DNA from: Alloascoidea hylecoeti | Taxonomy: Eukaryota | NCBI GenBank assembly: GCA_001600815.1 | Contig: BCKZ01000003.1 | Location: 1,041,474 to 1,105,473 of the forward strand | Direction of reading: 5' to 3' | Length of the DNA stretch: 64,000 bases | Part shown: one piece after another, positions 62,343-64,000 of the stretch | How positions within the stretch are numbered: the first letter of the stretch is position 1 | Layout: each line of letters begins with the position of its first letter | Made by a program: the position numbers and the translations under genes | The notes under the pieces: model-generated | The model's database searches: none | Told to the model about the DNA's origin: nothing | The model's input: the letters and a program-made list of their open reading frames with translations, nothing else

Positions 62343-64000
62343 ATCCTTCTATGTTCCTAAAATTATTTAATTAATCGATATTCTGTTGTATTCTGTTAGG
62401 AATTGAATGTTGAAGTTGGACAATTTCAACTTCCACCAGTAGTAAATTATTGAGAGAATTCAAATTTTCAAAGATTCCTTTCTTCGTGGGTTACGTAACA
62501 TTTTATGTCATGGGGGGATTTGAAGTTTCCGGAAGATATGTAAATTTGGTTACGGGATAATCGTCTATACTTGACTCTCAAACATTTTTGAAAACATCTT
62601 TTTCTCAACAAATAGGACCAGCAAATTCTTGAAACTGGACCTTCTATAATACCTTTGGCAAATTTCAAGTTCTGGTCATTTCATTATCTTGTCTGATACT
62701 GCTTAACCAGATGATGATTGGTTGCAATTAATCACAAAGCTATATTGTGATTTTGTTATGCAACGTTTCTGATTGTTTTATATTTAAATTCATTCTTTGT
62801 TTCTCAAGTTCGGCAGTAAGTGAGTGATATATCGATACTACTCGATAGTTATACCTAGCGCTCGCTAACTGGGGGGTCACAAAAGATTATTTTTACATAG
62901 ATACCTTCTTCTACAGGCACACACACAATCAGAAGTTATTGAAATATATGATATCGAGTATAAAGATAAGATAGAACTAATTCCACGACTTGCTTCTCAG
63001 ATTTTTAACTAAGGTGTAGCTAGAAAAGGTGGCACTTCCGTTCATAATATTAATATTAGCTATTGGTTAGAATAGGGACGATTTAATAATAAGAGCAATT
63101 TTCGCCCTCGCTGAGAGAAAACTATTGGTAATTACTTTAATTTCATAAGTAGACTTTTTGTTTCGCAGCACTAAAGTCATTATAATTTCGGCCACAAACA
63201 CATTATTTTACGTAATTGTGGAGGCCAAGTTATCATGATCAGTAAATAGATACACAAATTCTTCATGTATATCTATAGCAAGTGTAGTCGGTAGCAGGTT
63301 GAAAAATGTTCAACAAAAAGCTCTCCAATTGTAATTGTCCTCCTTTTCATACTCATTAATCATGAAGATATGCCATTCTGATACCAAAAATTACAATTAC
63401 AACTAACAAACAAATTATACATTTTTTTGCTGATTATTTCTCAACGTGTCACCAACTACCACAGATCTGCACCAAGTATTTGTGTGATATCTCATAATCA
63501 ATCACTTATCCTCTATTATCACAAAAAATATTTAAATCACTTTTCTATGAAGTAACCATCTGTAGCTAGACTTTGCTGTATCTTTAAATTTAGTTTGCTG
63601 ATTTTGTTATTAGCTTATGGAATAGGGATGGCTGACCCTTCGACTTTCCAATATTTAATAATTACGCAAAATGAATTACGAAGCGAAATATATTTATAAA
63701 AGTAGTTGAAAAATGTTATCACATGACGCTATCAATTGGCCATGGAAAACATCTGTAAATGAATGAGAATTCAAATGTAAAGAAATCTTGGGTTTTAAGA
63801 AATTGTTGCAAAATCCATTATTTTATAATTCATCAGCATTATTTATTAGGTAATACAATGGGTACCAAATTGCTAATAATATAATTATGGGAAAACAAAA
63901 ATAGAAATTTTATTTTACAAAAGGTGCATAGAGTGGATGGAAATAAACCTATATCAAAAAATTGGTAAATCATTGTATAATTAACAACAATAAGTGATTG

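Noticed and set aside
1..64000. CRISPR array, rRNA or prokaryotic defence system
   Set aside because: Eukaryotic intron-containing locus; no regularly spaced repeat-spacer array or rRNA motifs seen.

Overview
AT-rich budding-yeast (Saccharomycotina) chromosomal segment. It uses the standard CUG=Leu code and has frequent short spliceosomal introns with degenerate signals. Recognisable genes: alcohol O-acyltransferase family, choline/ethanolamine kinase, IRA/neurofibromin RasGAP, USB1, ACE2/SWI5, PRM1, TRS31, MMC1-like, pterin carbinolamine dehydratase, a PABP-like RRM protein, NFU1, VPH2/VMA12, SRT1-like cis-prenyltransferase, a CBS/PB1 protein and mitochondrial mL50, plus an intron-containing tRNA-Tyr(GTA). 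The apparently empty DNA holds the most interesting signals. (i) A ~1.26-kb plus-strand, multi-arm structured RNA candidate (~1250-2514) whose ends pair and which stops at an Sm site followed by a 5'-splice-site-like motif, the layout of a fungal telomerase RNA. (ii) A 5'-truncated, poly(A)-tailed L1-like retrotransposon lying head-to-head just upstream of the tRNA. (iii) A TA-flanked element with 160-bp near-perfect inverted repeats around an assembly gap. (iv) Three decayed Tc1/mariner transposase relics. (v) A ~330-nt rod-like palindrome between convergent genes. (vi) Sharp GC-rich islands. All pairings, alignments and splice models were done by eye; no searches or folding programs were run.
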